A DNA stretch of 62,981 nucleotides, filler included, from Octopus bimaculoides (Eukaryota), in the NCBI RefSeq assembly GCF_001194135.2. It is 6 parts of 5 records of this genome, joined end to end, with 100 filler letters (N's around TTAATTAATTAA, not from the genome) between each part and the next. Parts side by side here need not be neighbours in the genome. Positions count along the whole stretch, not along the records: positions 20,647 to 30,687 come from NC_068996.1; positions 30,788 to 53,128 come from NC_068999.1; 4 more parts are not named here. The stretch is one strand, 5' to 3'. This document shows, one piece after another, positions 23,414-37,867 of the stretch. The notes beneath the pieces are model-generated. The model did no database searches and was not told the origin of the DNA. It saw nothing but the letters and a program-made list of their open reading frames with translations. Position 1 is the stretch's first letter. Each line of letters starts with the position of its first letter. The translations under genes were made by a program, and so were the position numbers.

Positions 23414-24551
23414 GGTAACGTATTTTTCTGCAATATAGGGATAATTTATCCTGTTCACGCTATTTTATTAGCATTATCATGCGTTTGAGAATAAGAAAAA
23501 TTATTTCTATATATATATAAGTAGATACGTTTTATGTCAACAGAAAAAGAATTACAAAACAGTAGATTGGATATTTTATGTTGCGATTAAAAGGAAAATG
23601 AAATCTATAATTTCGAACAATTGTCTTTCTTTAGGAAGTGAGATAAAATACGTAGACGCGAAGCCGATTAATTTTGCAACCGCTAATGAGGAAAAGAATG
23701 AAGAGGGGTGTTATGGAGAGAGTGGGATAGAAATATGAAAGTTAATGTAATTTGAGAACTGCATACTGGGTGAGCGAGTATGGCATAACTTGTAACAAAA
23801 CCCAGGTCAGTTGAAATAAGAGGGGTGGTGAGGACCACTGGAGTGACAAGGTATAATTGAATATGCTAAGGACTTCTTTGGGTTTACTAAAGAGATCATT
23901 TTCATTTTTCGTAAATATAACATAGCCATGCAAAAACAGATTGTCTGACAAAAAAAAAAAAAGAGACGGTATTACGCTGCAAACGTAAATATAATTTTTA
24001 AAAAGTGGTCTGAACCTCGAACAAGATAAACATATGATGGCAATCCAGTAGTGGAAACATAAATCAAAGGAGCCAACAAATAAACTCAGAAAAAAGGAAC
24101 AATTTAGAGACGATTTCAGATGCACCCACAATAGACTTTTTTGAAATAATCTTTAGTAACTTCAGATATAAAACGCTTCAGTTATAGAAATTGCCACAAT
24201 GATAACTTTAGCAAAAGAAGATATGACTTACGTGTATCCTTTGTGATATACTGTTCCAAAAACAAAATTATTTTACGTTCTCTCGAAAGTTTATAAAATT
24301 CTTATGACGTCAACACTGCATATATATACATATATACACTATACATACATATATACATATAAGTATGTATATATACATACATACATAGATATACACAGGC
24401 ACAGGTACATACATATACACCCATACATACATGCTGCACATACATACGTATACACATACATACACACATTCATACGTATATATATACATACATATAAAAA
24501 GTATTATGTGTCTGTGTGGCTATGTGTGTGTGTGCGTACGTACGTGTGTGC

Positions 24552-24646
<95 letters not shown>

Positions 24647-25532
24647 AATATTTAGTTAGCTAACATTACTTTTTTAAATTTTTGTTCGCTTTGACATCAT
24701 ATGCATTGATTGTAGAGTAAACTTTGAGTTGATACGTTTTCTTTGGTCGTTGAATATTGTAGGAAATTATAGTGTTTATTTAGTGTGTAACTTTAACATA
24801 CACAAGGAAATATTCATAATATTTCTGTCATATTAATGTTTTTGTTAAGATTTCTTATTAGACAGACAAATGTTTAATTTAGATACGTTCATATACAAAT
24901 AAAAATGTCTACGAACTGTTTATATATCACTTGTTCCAAAACGTATCCAGCAGACTTGATTCCAATTACCTTTAATGGTTACAGAATATTTTTACAAAGC
25001 AAAACTAGACAGGAGTTCTTGACTGAAGACGATAATAGAATACATAAATAAACCTTAAAATTAACGATAGGTACAGAGATCTCTTGACTCTACTCTTTTA
25101 TATAAGTACACTAAACATGCCTGCAATAAACATATAAACAAAATTAGATAAGGGGAAATAACTGGAATAACCCAATAGCATGAATTTAGGTAAACCAAGG
25201 AGATGTTGATGTACTAAATGACAAAAAAAAAATAAACTGAATGAAATGGAATTTCTCTCTTAATTGAGTAAAAAAATAGAAACTTCTAGATACGAAGAAA
25301 GGTGGGAGATAATTTCAAGTAATTAAGAATTTATTTTTAACATCTTTAAGGGAAAAGATTATATGTTTGTGAAGTCCTGAGTTGGTAACGGTCATGTTTT
25401 GGTCTCGTCGGACTATGTTTCTCTAATTTAGAGAAGCTTAGTCAGTGTGTAACCGTTTGGTTAGCAGACAAATGTTTCACTTATATGCAAAAGGGGTTAC
25501 GAAGTTTTTGATCCAAAAGTACTTTGCATAAT

Positions 25533-25746
25533 ATTGGTTTCAAATTTTTGCACAAGGCCAGCCAGCAATTTCAAGGGATGGATTTAATCAATTACATCGA
25601 CCCCAGTGCTTAACTGGTACTCATTTTATCGACCACGAAAGGATGAAAAGCAAAGTCGACCTCGTTGGAATTGAACTCAGAGCGTAAAGACGGACGAGAT
25701 GCTGCTAAGCATGCCATCCGGCGTGCTAACGATTCTGCCAGCTCGC
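25533..25746 (-). mobile_element. Family A SINE with a third tail type
   Basis: Full head and core. Tail reads TTGCTGGCTGGCCTTGTGCAAAAATTTGAAACCAATAT on the minus strand. Confidence 0.85.
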
Positions 25747-26380
25747 ACTCTTTTTGTTTTGCTTAAATTTTAAAGAAAATTGAGCAAGAGAAGATTACTC
25801 AAATAAATCGATTGTATAGGTTAATACAAAATCAGTAGATGCTGCTGAACGAAGTAATGTAAGCATGAAATTAATTATAATAAATTAATGATGTTTCCGT
25901 TTACGTCATTCAGTAGATTAATATCTACTTCATTATTTGTAACGTTCTTGCATTATTCAGAAAATTCATTTACTCACATATAAATAAAATCATAACTAAT
26001 ATGTAAAAGAAACGAGTATTGAACGAATTAATGCAAAAACCAGTTAAGAAGTGGCTATAACTATATTCTAATACATCCCAATGAGTATATATGCACATGC
26101 ATAAATGAATGAATTAAAAACAAGCCTTCCATCTAATATATAACAAATCAGATTCAACGCTCGGAAAATATCTAGGGACGCTTTCTGCGCAAAATGAAAA
26201 TAGTTAAGTGACATATAAGATACTAAATGTAGTGATCCATAGTGAAAGGAAAATAATCGTTTACAGAATGTGCAACCCTTATCAAGGTAGATAAGAAGAA
26301 AACCTTTGCAGTTAGGGCGTATACAGGATATATATATATCTGTGTGTGTATACGTTTGTGTGTGTGTGTGTGTGTGTGAA

Positions 26381-26640
26381 GGCACATGGCTTAGTAGTTA
26401 GGGTACTGCACTCACGGTTGCGAGATCGTGGTTTCGATTCCCAGACCGGGCGTTGCGTTGGGTTCTTGAGCAAATCACTTCATTTCACGTTGCTCTGACG
26501 CCTGTACAGATAATGTCGATTTGATGGAGGGAGTGAGCTTTTGTGTACACAAACATTTGATCACTATAAACAAATCATGTTTGTTCGCCAATAAATTGCC
26601 GAACCCTCATACGTACGTCGTCTAATGCAGGGCGAGTCCA
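26381..26640 (+). mobile_element. tRNA-derived SINE (family D)
   Basis: A-box-like TGGCTTAGTAGT, B-box-like GGTTTCGATTCC, followed by a GTTCTTGAGCAAATCACTTCATTTCAC central block. Confidence 0.7.
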
Positions 26641-26686
<46 letters not shown>

Positions 26687-27751
26687 AAAAGTTATGTTTG
26701 AAGACCAGCATTATGTAGTAGATAGATAAGTAATTAAACAATTAAATAATTGCATCTTTTTTAATGTTAACACCATACTTAATTTATAAGAAACAATTGT
26801 TCTCTATTAATCAATAAATAATCTCAAGACAGTACTTTTGACGTAAACCAGTCAATCATTAGGCACATAACTATTCTTTCATTCAACCTCTCACTTCTTC
26901 ATGCTCTTCGTTTCAGATCAAGACTAACACCGGGCATGACTCGCATTTGTATGTTTCTCTACACGTTCGTTATGACACCAACTTTAGAATTTCTTGAATA
27001 CCTCTGCCATTTTGAAAATGCTGACGTAAACAAACGAAAGTTAGGTCAATATTCTGTCTTCTCTTAGTGTTGAAAATGAATTAGAATTATGTCCTTTCTT
27101 TAGCGACTAAAAGCAATGAAAGAAAGTATGAACGGCTGAATATGACATCGGTTTAAAATGCTATCCACCAGAAAGAAAGAGACAAAGAGAAAGAAAGAGA
27201 AGTCAAAAATGAAGAAGAAGAAAAAGAAGAAGAGGAGGAGGAGGATATATGCATGCTTAAATACACGTATACATGTAACTCATACACGCATATATGCAAT
27301 ACATTCAGGCGTACATACATATATGTACTGCAACGGAAAGTCAAATATATTTGAAAAGACTTAATATTACGTTTGCTTGATTCTAGAAGAAATGTTTATT
27401 AGGAAAGCTGCTACGAGATCATTTCACGTGATTAAGCGCCTGTGGATAAAACACCTATATTTGCATCTGTGTTTATAAGAGATGAGGTGCTGAAAAATAT
27501 TGCCCAGAGCAACTTAACTGGAATTGGTTCCGTTCGATTTTCTTGATGGTTTACTTAGCATTCTGATAAAATATCCGATATTTTAGGCCTCGGGTGTTTA
27601 GAGATTTCCTAAGCAGCCATAATTGGATGTGTTCTGTATGCGTACATACGTACATACATGTCAATGGCCGTACGTATGCGTGTAGGTGAAAGAGAAAAAG
27701 TGGGAAAGTGTGTGTATACATAGTGTATATTATATGCATATATATATATAC

Positions 27752-27807
<56 letters not shown>

Positions 27808-28826
27808 ATATATGTATACATGCGTATATATATACATACATATATTTATGTGTATGTACGTATGTATGTACATACATATACATGCATATATATATATATA
27901 AATGTGTGTGTATGTACGTATGTATGTACATATGTATGCATGTACATATGTATGTATGTATGTATAAGAGTGTCTGTGCGTATGCATGTGTCTGACTTTG
28001 TGTGAAGGTGATACCATATATATACGCCACACACTTCGAACACAAAATTATATTGAAAACTTTTTATGAGTACAGAGCACAAAATGAACAAAAGCTCTCT
28101 CTCTCTCCTTCAACCTCCCGCTCTCTCCCTCCCCTTCTCTTTCCTACCCCTCTCTCTGTCCTTCTCTCTCTCTCTCTCAGTGAACATTGCTATTTTCTGA
28201 AGTTAGGTCGAACTACTGGTGTCGGTTGTAGAATAAAACCGGCTGACAGCCGAGCCCATCGTCAGGATCGCTACACGCCTTACTTTGTCAAGTGAAGGCT
28301 GAATAGTTTTTTTTTTCTTCTTCCTCTTATCCGAGGGTGTGTTTAAAGCGTTTGTATGATGGACACGATCGAAACGATTTTTTTTCTTCTTGTTACTTTA
28401 ACCTCATTAAGTATCACTCAAAGACGAAAGTCGATTGATGAGATGCTATTAGCTTATTTGGGTTACTTCCCTTGTATAAAACATCTATTTTGTTTTCTGC
28501 TTCATTTGTCATATACAAGACGAACACAGAGGAATTCCTGAGGTAGATCCAGTGACAATTATAGTAATGCTGAAGATGACATCGGGTAGCCATAGATAGT
28601 GAACCTGCTTTAATCGGCATACTATCAGGTGTAGACCCAAGATTTAACTACTTTATATATATATATATATATTGAAAATTCCTGTGAAAAATGACCGTTG
28701 GCGTGGTTTCCCACCCCGGCATCCGAAACTCGGAGTTTTATCATGGCTACCGAATAAGTGTCACATATTTTTACAGATAAATTCCTCTATTTACATAATA
28801 TCGAGTTCTTTTTCTTTCTTTTGTTG

Positions 28827-28946
<120 letters not shown>

Positions 28947-29049
28947 TACTTAAGTTACTTTGGTCCAATCATTTGTATTTATCCAGTTCAAAAATTGCTG
29001 AAACGCTAGTGCAAGTGATAAATTTAATGTGATGTAGCTGTCTTGTGTA

Positions 29050-29385
29050 AGCCTGATATTTTGGGGGACGGAGTCTAGTCGATTAGGTCGACCCCAGTGA
29101 TTCATTGGCAGTTTATTTTATCGACCCAGAAAGGATGAAGGCAAATTTGACCTCAGTTAATTAGTATTATCTTTCATGATTTACTTGTCATTGCATTGCG
29201 GCCATGCTGGAGCACCCGCCTTGAAGGGTTTTAGTCGAACAAGTTGACTTCAGACCTTATTTTTTGTAAAAAAGAAAAAAAATCTAGCACTTACTTTATC
29301 GGTCTCTTTTGCCGGACTGCTATATTACGGGGCCGTAAACAAACAAACACCAGTTGTTAAGCGGTTGTCGAAAGCACACACACAT
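29050..29385 (-). mobile_element. Family A SINE fragment followed by a family B tail
   Basis: GTCGACCCCAGTG...CCAGAAAGGATGAAGGCAAA, then TGCGGCCATGCTGGAGCACC...CACCAGTTGTTAAGCGG. Confidence 0.7.
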
Positions 29386-29484
29386 ATACACGCACATGCA
29401 TACATACATACATACATACATACATACGTACATACATACATACATACATACATACATACATACATACATACATACATGTATACA

Positions 29485-29542
<58 letters not shown>

Positions 29543-30648
29543 GGCCAAAAACAGTTTGAGAAAATTGGAGAATCAAATCTTCTTTCTTCAGCTTTATGAC
29601 TTTATGAGAAAGTCTTTTTAAGAAAGCGTTTGGGACAGTTTGGTGAGAAAGTTCATCTGTTATCAGTAGCTTCTCCTAAGAGATCTCGACAGTCACTTTT
29701 TGCTGATACGAAAACATGCGCTAAGGTTACAGGAGCTACAGAGTTCCTTGTAGATGAAGCTATGCTATTCATTTGCAAAGAGGACTTCCTATCGTTTCAT
29801 ATCACGATAAAGAAGTAGTCTTGGATACATCATGGACCGAAGTGTATGCCTTTCCAAACATGTAGTCTGCAGCACCTATTTGAGGTTTGTTAGAAGAATA
29901 TTTATTGATTATTAAGTGAAACCTAAAGTAAATTTGCTGCGCCTTGCATATACATGTAACGGGTTTGTTGCAGTTATATATTTTTAAGATCTAAAGAGAG
30001 CTTTAGCTGTGATTGAGTTGTGTCACCTCTCGTATTATCTGTACTGTGCCTTTTCTGTTTGAATGCGCGTCGTCAAATAGTTAGTGTACTGCGTTCACGA
30101 TCAAAACTACGTGGGAACAATTCCTCGATCGCGTGGTATATTTTGTCTCTTGAACAAGACGTTTGACTTCACACTGTCCAAGTCTACTCAGCTGAAAATG
30201 AATGCCAGCCGATATCTAATGCGGCCGTCTTTCTGTCTCTCTACCTGTCAATTTTCCTCAGAATCAAGGGCAGACGGACAAGCGTACCTCACCACACACA
30301 AAAAAAACAACAACAAAAGAAACCCCACATAAAACAACTTAGCAAAAGCGTAATACAAAACCTCAAGTCGGGTTAATAATAAAAGAAGAAATTGTGTTTT
30401 GAAGCAAAATGTGTTATATGTATTATGCATCATAGCGTTTATACCAATAATGGCGACCGAGAAAGTGTTAATATGCGACAGTTGTTAACGTCATACATTA
30501 ACGGTTATTTCTGTCTTTGATGGTATCTACATGTTTATTTTATGAATAATTCATCTTGTTATTATCAGATTTGCCTATCTTCGATGTCTGCATTTGTTGC
30601 GAGTTATTGTGACCTAATGACCGTTCCAAATATGACTGTCAAATCTTC

Positions 30649-30687
<39 letters not shown>

Positions 30688-30787
30688 NNNNNNNNNNNNN
30701 NNNNNNNNNNNNNNNNNNNNNNNNNNNNNNNTTAATTAATTAANNNNNNNNNNNNNNNNNNNNNNNNNNNNNNNNNNNNNNNNNNNN

Positions 30788-30833
<46 letters not shown>

Positions 30834-33800
30834 TATGCATGTGTGTGTAAATGTAAACCGATGAAATGAGTGCTCAATACCGCATTGGTAGATGTGTACT
30901 TTTTTTTGTGAATTAAGGCTACCCTTGATTCCATGTTAAGAACAGTAGGAAAATATCCTAGTGTCTTAAGTTTTCACGCAGATCACACAGAGAAAGGTGC
31001 TCGCGTCCGCTTTGCAAAACAGTCTACAAAGTGAGACCAATAGAGAGATGGATATCTGAGCATACATATGGAAGTAGGATGAATCACCATTAAAGAGAGT
31101 TCGACGGTTACACGATATTGTGCAGCAATTTGGAGTTTCTGTTTTATAGGCAAATGCATTCCACATCTTTAATGCCAAGGTGTATTTGCCCACTACATTT
31201 ACCCCATTGTAACAAAACAATCGTTTCAAAGTCAATTCTGTCCAAGATGGGAGGCGTGAAGAGATAAGTAATGGTTGCAAGTACTTTTCAGGAAAATCCT
31301 GGTGTCATGAAATAAAGGTACACATACAAAGCATTGAAAGAGGAACACTGGAACNNNNNNNNNNNNNNNNNNNNNNNNNNNNNNNNNNNNNNNNNNNNNN
31401 NNNNNNNNNNNNNNNNNNNNNNNNNNNNNNNNNNNNNNNNNNNNNNNNNNNNNNNNNNNNNNNNNNNNNNNNNNNNNNNNNNNNNNNNNNNNNNNNNNNN
31501 NNNNNNNNNNNNNNNNNNNNNNNNNNNNNNNNNNNNNNNNNNNNNNNNNNNNNNNNNNNNNNNNNNNNNNNNNNNNNNNNNNNNNNNNNNNNNNNNNNNN
31601 NNNNNNNNNNNNNNNNNNNNNNNNNNNNNNATTGAGAGAAAGAGCGAGAAGATAGGGAGTGAGTGAGCTACTTCCTATGGAATTGCTTTCAATTATTAGA
31701 TTTTGAGGAAGTGTAAAAAAAAATGAATAATTGATGAAAATTATTATGTCCGTGGTCCCCTCACTCGCTCCTCTGCTTCTTCGCCGCCATCTGCATGATG
31801 CAGCTCATTATCATCATTATCGTAATTATACTCTTTACTTCTTCACCACCGTCATCGGTGCCGTCAACTTCTTCGCCCTCATCGTCTTTATCTTCAGGAA
31901 GAATATCCTCATCATATGTAACAGACACATTAGCAGTATCCACGTTATCAATATCGTGTTTCAAAGAAGCATAGCCTGTAATTTTCCATCCTTACTTCAT
32001 CGCCCCCAAATGTAATCAATTATATTATAATTTAAATGCGTGTTAAGGAATAACAAATTGAAACAAAAAAAAAAAATTGAACGAATAGAAAATGTATGTA
32101 ATAAAATAGAAATTAATATTTTACATATTTGTATATTTCTGTGTTTTTCTAGAAGACATTATTTCTGAAATAAATGTGTATACGATTATTATTCAACATA
32201 ATCATCCAACGCACACCAAATAGCAATTTCAGAATTCCGTACATATTTTGGAATTGCGATTAGCAGCCACTGACAGGCGGCATACTAGCGTTTGCAAAAG
32301 GGTGTAACTGATCAATATTCAATATAAATTTTGACAGACACGAAATTTTGGGAAGATATATCTCACATAATTAATGGAGTAAAGACGTCGCTAGAAATGC
32401 ATTTAAAAATATATATAACAAATGCGTATGAGCTGAAAAATAGCACACATAAACAGCCCATTATGTAACCATGTAATTACACCGCAAAACTCCACATATA
32501 TATATAATTGGCTTATATATATACATTCCATTGCAACTTCCAGTCAAGAATCAGGTTTTGAAATGAGAGTATAATGATGGTAAAATTACCCCTGTTGTTG
32601 TAATGCAATAATACATATGAGCGAGTGTGGTTGGCTGCACGCGTGTGCGCGTTTGGGGGTTATCTAAGAAGGTAAGGAATTAAGCAGGTAAAACACGGAC
32701 TACAATCGTTTCATATCAAATCAATGTTTCCTTTATATGTTATAACATACACAATACCTAGCTTATCTTATTACCCATCAATTGTTTATATTTCCACACG
32801 GAGATGAATAAGTGAATTATCACACTAGCAGCTCCGACTGACGGCACTTCCATGGTTGTGGAGTTTATCCCGAACTGGTAACGCTCCATGGTACCACGAA
32901 CAGGCCAGGTATTTCTGGAAGTTACCCAGACTCGCTGCAAAGGAAATTGGTATTGGAGTGCCCAGTAGAACTGTTACAAAAGGTTTGCCAACTTGGCGAG
33001 GCCTGAATCATCAGGAAAGTATCGGATAACTGAAAGGAACAGATAGCATAGTACCGTAGGCTGCAGATAGTAAACCTGCTACGCATGCAAGACTCCATAA
33101 GCTCCAACAAAAGCTGCGATAATGAGAAAAAAATAATAACAATAATAATATTAACATCAGTTAAATATTTCGGTACGATAAATATTATTACTGGTAAGTA
33201 TATTAAACAATCTGGACCGAGAGGGTAGACGCAGCCTATACATTCGTGTATTCTAACAAAAATACAACTAAATTCTCGAGCGTATATATAATTAAAACTA
33301 TTTCACAGTTCAGAATAATTTCTCTCATGCAAGTTTTGAACACTACAAAAAATTAGCAGCTCTTAGGCTATTAAGTATACACATTGGATGACCAGAACAA
33401 TTGACACGTAAACGTAATAGTTGTGACGTTCTGTAAATCTGCATCATTAGAAGAATTATGCGGGATATAATAATCTGAATAACTTGTTTCATATATTAGA
33501 GAAAAGTAAATGTTTAATTTGTGTGGGGAGGAGGGGCAGGAAGGAAAATATAATGGTTGCCATTAGAAGCATCATACTTCTGAAACTTAAATATCAAAAT
33601 ATTCAAATATTGTATAGGTTTTCAGCTTTCAGCATTATAAACTAAGTATATTCATACTTTGAAAAGTTGACAGGTTTAAGGATTTAAGGAGAAACTCTTG
33701 AAAATTGTGTATAAATGTCCTCTCAAGAATGAATTGGGTAAATGTATCAAAAGTTAATATCTTCTAAATGCCAATAAAAAGTGTCCATAAGCATATAAAT

Positions 33801-36800
33801 ATATCAATACTAGAAATACGTTTCTAAAGCATCAGAATAATATTATCTTTTGAACATTTCCTTATCCTGATTCACAGATGTATACAAAAGAAGCGTTACA
33901 TCAATACACCCCACACCCACACACTTAGAAACACACAGACACACACAGGTATATATATATATATACATATACATGTATAAATAGATATATGTAGCGTATA
34001 TGTATGTATATATATACACAGACACACAGACACACACTCATACACACACACATACAAACACACACGTGCGCGCGCACCTACACCCACACATATATATCAC
34101 GAACTTTATCTCAATTATCTTTGTTGATCGGTTTCTTAATAATGATGGTGTCGCTGTCTGAGTGAAGCGGTTCTTGCAAGGTATTGACAATGGCACTAAA
34201 TATATGGTAATGTTGGTATGGCCAAGCTGGATTTTTACCTTTTCTCTTGGCAGCATCACTGTTTTGGGTTTCGATGGTGATGGGACGCCACAAGCTCAGA
34301 TTAACGTTTCTAACTTTCCAGGTTGAAACCCAGTGGTATCCATTGTCATTTCGACTGTAGTTATATATANNNNNNNNNNNNNNNNNNNNNNNNNNNNNNN
34401 NNNNNNNNNNNNNNNNNNNNNNNNNNNNNNNNNNNNNNNNNNNNNNNNNNNNNNNNNNNNNNNNNNNNNNNNNNNNNNNNNNNNNNNNNNNNNNNNNNNN
34501 NNNNNNNNNNNNNNNNNNNNNNNNNNNNNNNNNNNNNNNNNNNNNNNNNNNNNNNNNNNNNNNNNNNNNNNNNNNNNNNNNNNNNNNNNNNNNNNNNNNN
34601 NNNNNNNNNNNNNNNNNNNNNNNNNNNNNNNNNNNNNNNNNNNNNNNNNNNNNNNNNNNNNNNNNNNNNNNNNNNNNNNNNNNNNNNNNNNNNNNNNNNN
34701 NNNNNNNNNNNNNNNNNNNNNNNNNNNNNNNNNNNNNNNNNNNNNNNNNNNNNNNNNNNNNNNNNNNNNNNNNNNNNNNNNNNNNNNNNNNNNNNNNNNN
34801 NNNNNNNNNNNNNNNNNNNNNNNNNNNNNNNNNNNNNNNNNNNNNNNNNNNNNNNNNNNNNNNNNNNNNNNNNNNNNNNNNNNNNNNNNNNNNNNNNNNN
34901 NNNNNNNNNNNNNNNNNNNNNNNNNNNNNNNNNNNNNNNNNNNNNNNNNNNNNNNNNNNNNNNNNNNNNNNNNNNNNNNNNNNNNNNNNNNNNNNNNNNN
35001 NNNNNNNNNNNNNNNNNNNNNNNNNNNNNNNNNNNNNNNNNNNNNNNNNNNNNNNNNNNNNNNNNNNNNNNNNNNNNNNNNNNNNNNNNNNNNNNNNNNN
35101 NNNNNNNNNNNNNNNNNNNNNNNNNNNNNNNNNNNNNNNNNNNNNNNNNNNNNNNNNNNNNNNNNNNNNNNNNNNNNATATATATATATATATATATAAA
35201 GAAAAATTATTGAAGATAAGAAATCCATGACGTTTTGATTCATTTCAGTTGAGTGGACGCTGTCATGTAACTATAAACAATATTTCAATATGTACATATA
35301 TTTTTATTCACTGAACGAAAATTTATTATTGGAATGAACTGAAATGTACATTTCAGAAAAGTAGATACCTGATAGGTTATTAGAAACTAGCGTATGATGC
35401 AAAGTTGTACTTCGAATGGAAACGATTTGTTTTAAGATCAGGAATTCGTCTTTTCTCCAAATTCATATGAGAGATGACAAAATTGCCCTTCATTGTGGGA
35501 CACCAATTGTGCGTTTTCCTTTATCAATCCTTTAACGAAAAATATTTGTATCTGAACTGCTTCACAATAGTGGTGTCAGTTAGAATGTGAAGATTAAGTC
35601 ATCATTAGATCATGTTTTTGTTATGTCATATTGCAATATATATATTTGATGAATCTAATATTGAACATTTTCTGACAGTTAATATAATTACCTGCATGCA
35701 TCATGAAAAGGTGAAAAAGATTAATAGTTGATCAAAATAAAATACTTATATCACTAGAGTATTCTGCAGGCAGAATACATATTACAACATCCTACTGGAA
35801 TAAACCTACGAAACCACGAGAGAAAAAAATAGCACATATATAAAATGAAATATTCTATACATATGAAGCACCTACAACTGAAATAGAAAGTGAATGACGC
35901 ACGTCGAGAGATTAAAAATTCAAAATATTGCCAACATTCGGATGTTCTTTAAATAATTCATATATATGTAGACGCAAAACAGACACGGTTCAGGTTGTAA
36001 ACAACTACAGACACAAAGACATAAACGGTGACTGACAGAAGCATTCATAGATACAGACACACTCACGTTCACACATATGGAAGCGAGTTGCCTGGGACGA
36101 GGGTCATAAAATTGCGGTTTATACCCGTAGTTACTTTCTCGAAAAATATGAGATATATTGTTTAATAGTTATTCTCAAATTCAGAACCTAACATAAATTT
36201 TACCAAGAACATATATAAAATATTACTTGCATCAGCCATAATGTATTTATGCAACGTATGTGTTGTTTCTAAATAACATAATATTCTTGTAGATAGAGTT
36301 TGCAGAACATATTGGAATTTTGTGTCCTACTTATTATGTATTTATAGGAAAAATCGTTTTGATTCTAGTGCACATAAATTCAGATATTGTATGGTTATCG
36401 ACCAGAATATCGATAGAACGTATCTGAAGTGAATACAGATTTATCGTAATTACATGTGGTCATATAGGAAGTGCATTTGACCTATGAGGAAGAAGCTTTA
36501 ATCTAATAATATCCGCTATAAATTTGTATTTCCAAGCTCTTTGCATGACAATAATAAATAAAAAAAACTAAAATTGAATGAAAATTAACCAAACAAAACT
36601 ACAACACATAGAGTAGTAGGAACACAGAGACCATCTTTTGCAAATAGTATTCAGGTGTAAAAGCAAACTGGCTCATTAGTCTGGAAAATATTGGCCATTA
36701 ATCAAATAAATATGGCCATTAATATCAAAATATAGAGTTAATGTCATCATCATTATTCATAAGCAACATACAATAATGTCAAAATAGATTAGTTACGTTC

Positions 36801-37867
36801 CGGATTTCGGTAATCATAGACTGATGCTTTCTAGTGAAAAGGCATTGAACCACTAGTTTTTCTTTATACAGCCGAGGATAATTGAAATGTGGAAGAAAGC
36901 ATATAGTTCATATTGGTCTCCTATGCAAAAAGACACGCTTCGTTGCATAATTTTGAGGTCAATATTATGAATGATCGTAACTAGTAAGCAAGTTGAATAT
37001 TATGTAAACATTGGAAAGGAAATCGTAATCGCTACTTCTTAAACATGTATAGCGCAAGGGTTTTTCCTTATAAGAGATGTACATTCTAGTGATTTTCTAC
37101 TCATTCGTGTGTATTTACTGGCAGGAGCAAAGTGTATTAACATACAATTTGAATGTTAAACATAGAAGGATATTTGGAATATGGACAAACATCAATATTT
37201 CTAATGTACGAACACTCATTATCTCCAGCCCTAGATCTTTATTTTCCTCATTTAATTTTGGCGTAGTTGGTTAAAAATGTTCAAGGGACTGAATAAGTTC
37301 ATTTAGGATATGGAACGATAATAAAAGGCCCAGAAACACATTGTATTTAGTTTAATCCCAAGAGAGTAAGAACAAAAAAGCATTTAGGTTTTGAAAATGA
37401 AGAGAAAAATAGCAAACGTGATTCAATTAGATGGCAGCGGTTTGCTGAGTTGAACAGCATGGAAAGTGACCCCTAGATGCTGAATGGAATCCTGTGTATG
37501 GAGTGGGATAACTATGAACCTAATATATTTGTGTGTTTTTCTAATAGGAAGCGCTTGTATACCGATGAGGCTAATGTATGCGCTGTACATTTTGTGCATA
37601 TCGGCGTACGCGTGTATGCACATGCGTTTGTGTATCTGTTCATTTCTCTTTATGTGTGTAAGTGTATCTGTATGAGATTACCTGAGGTTATCCGATTAAT
37701 GCGTTTGTTCAGGCGAACGTGTGTGTGAAGCTATTGCGTGCGTGAATACTGAACGTGGATGTACATGTGTGTATATGTGTGTAGTGTGTGTGATTGTGTT
37801 TGTATATGAGGGTTAATGTGAGTTCCTATATGAAGTTATTAAACACGTTTTTGTGCATACATGTGCC

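Noticed and set aside
23742-24131. Hydrophobic 129-aa minus-strand ORF as a possible GPCR TM6-7 exon
   Set aside because: No CWxP or NPxxY motif; composition is explained by T-rich DNA.
24304-24655. YI/CV/HT/ER/poly-L/I/N ORFs throughout the window
   Set aside because: Translations of di- and trinucleotide microsatellites.
28520-28620. Minus-strand LWLPDVIF resembling the Cys-loop receptor WxPD motif
   Set aside because: Short match in a frame closed by nearby stops, with no Cys loop or splice support.
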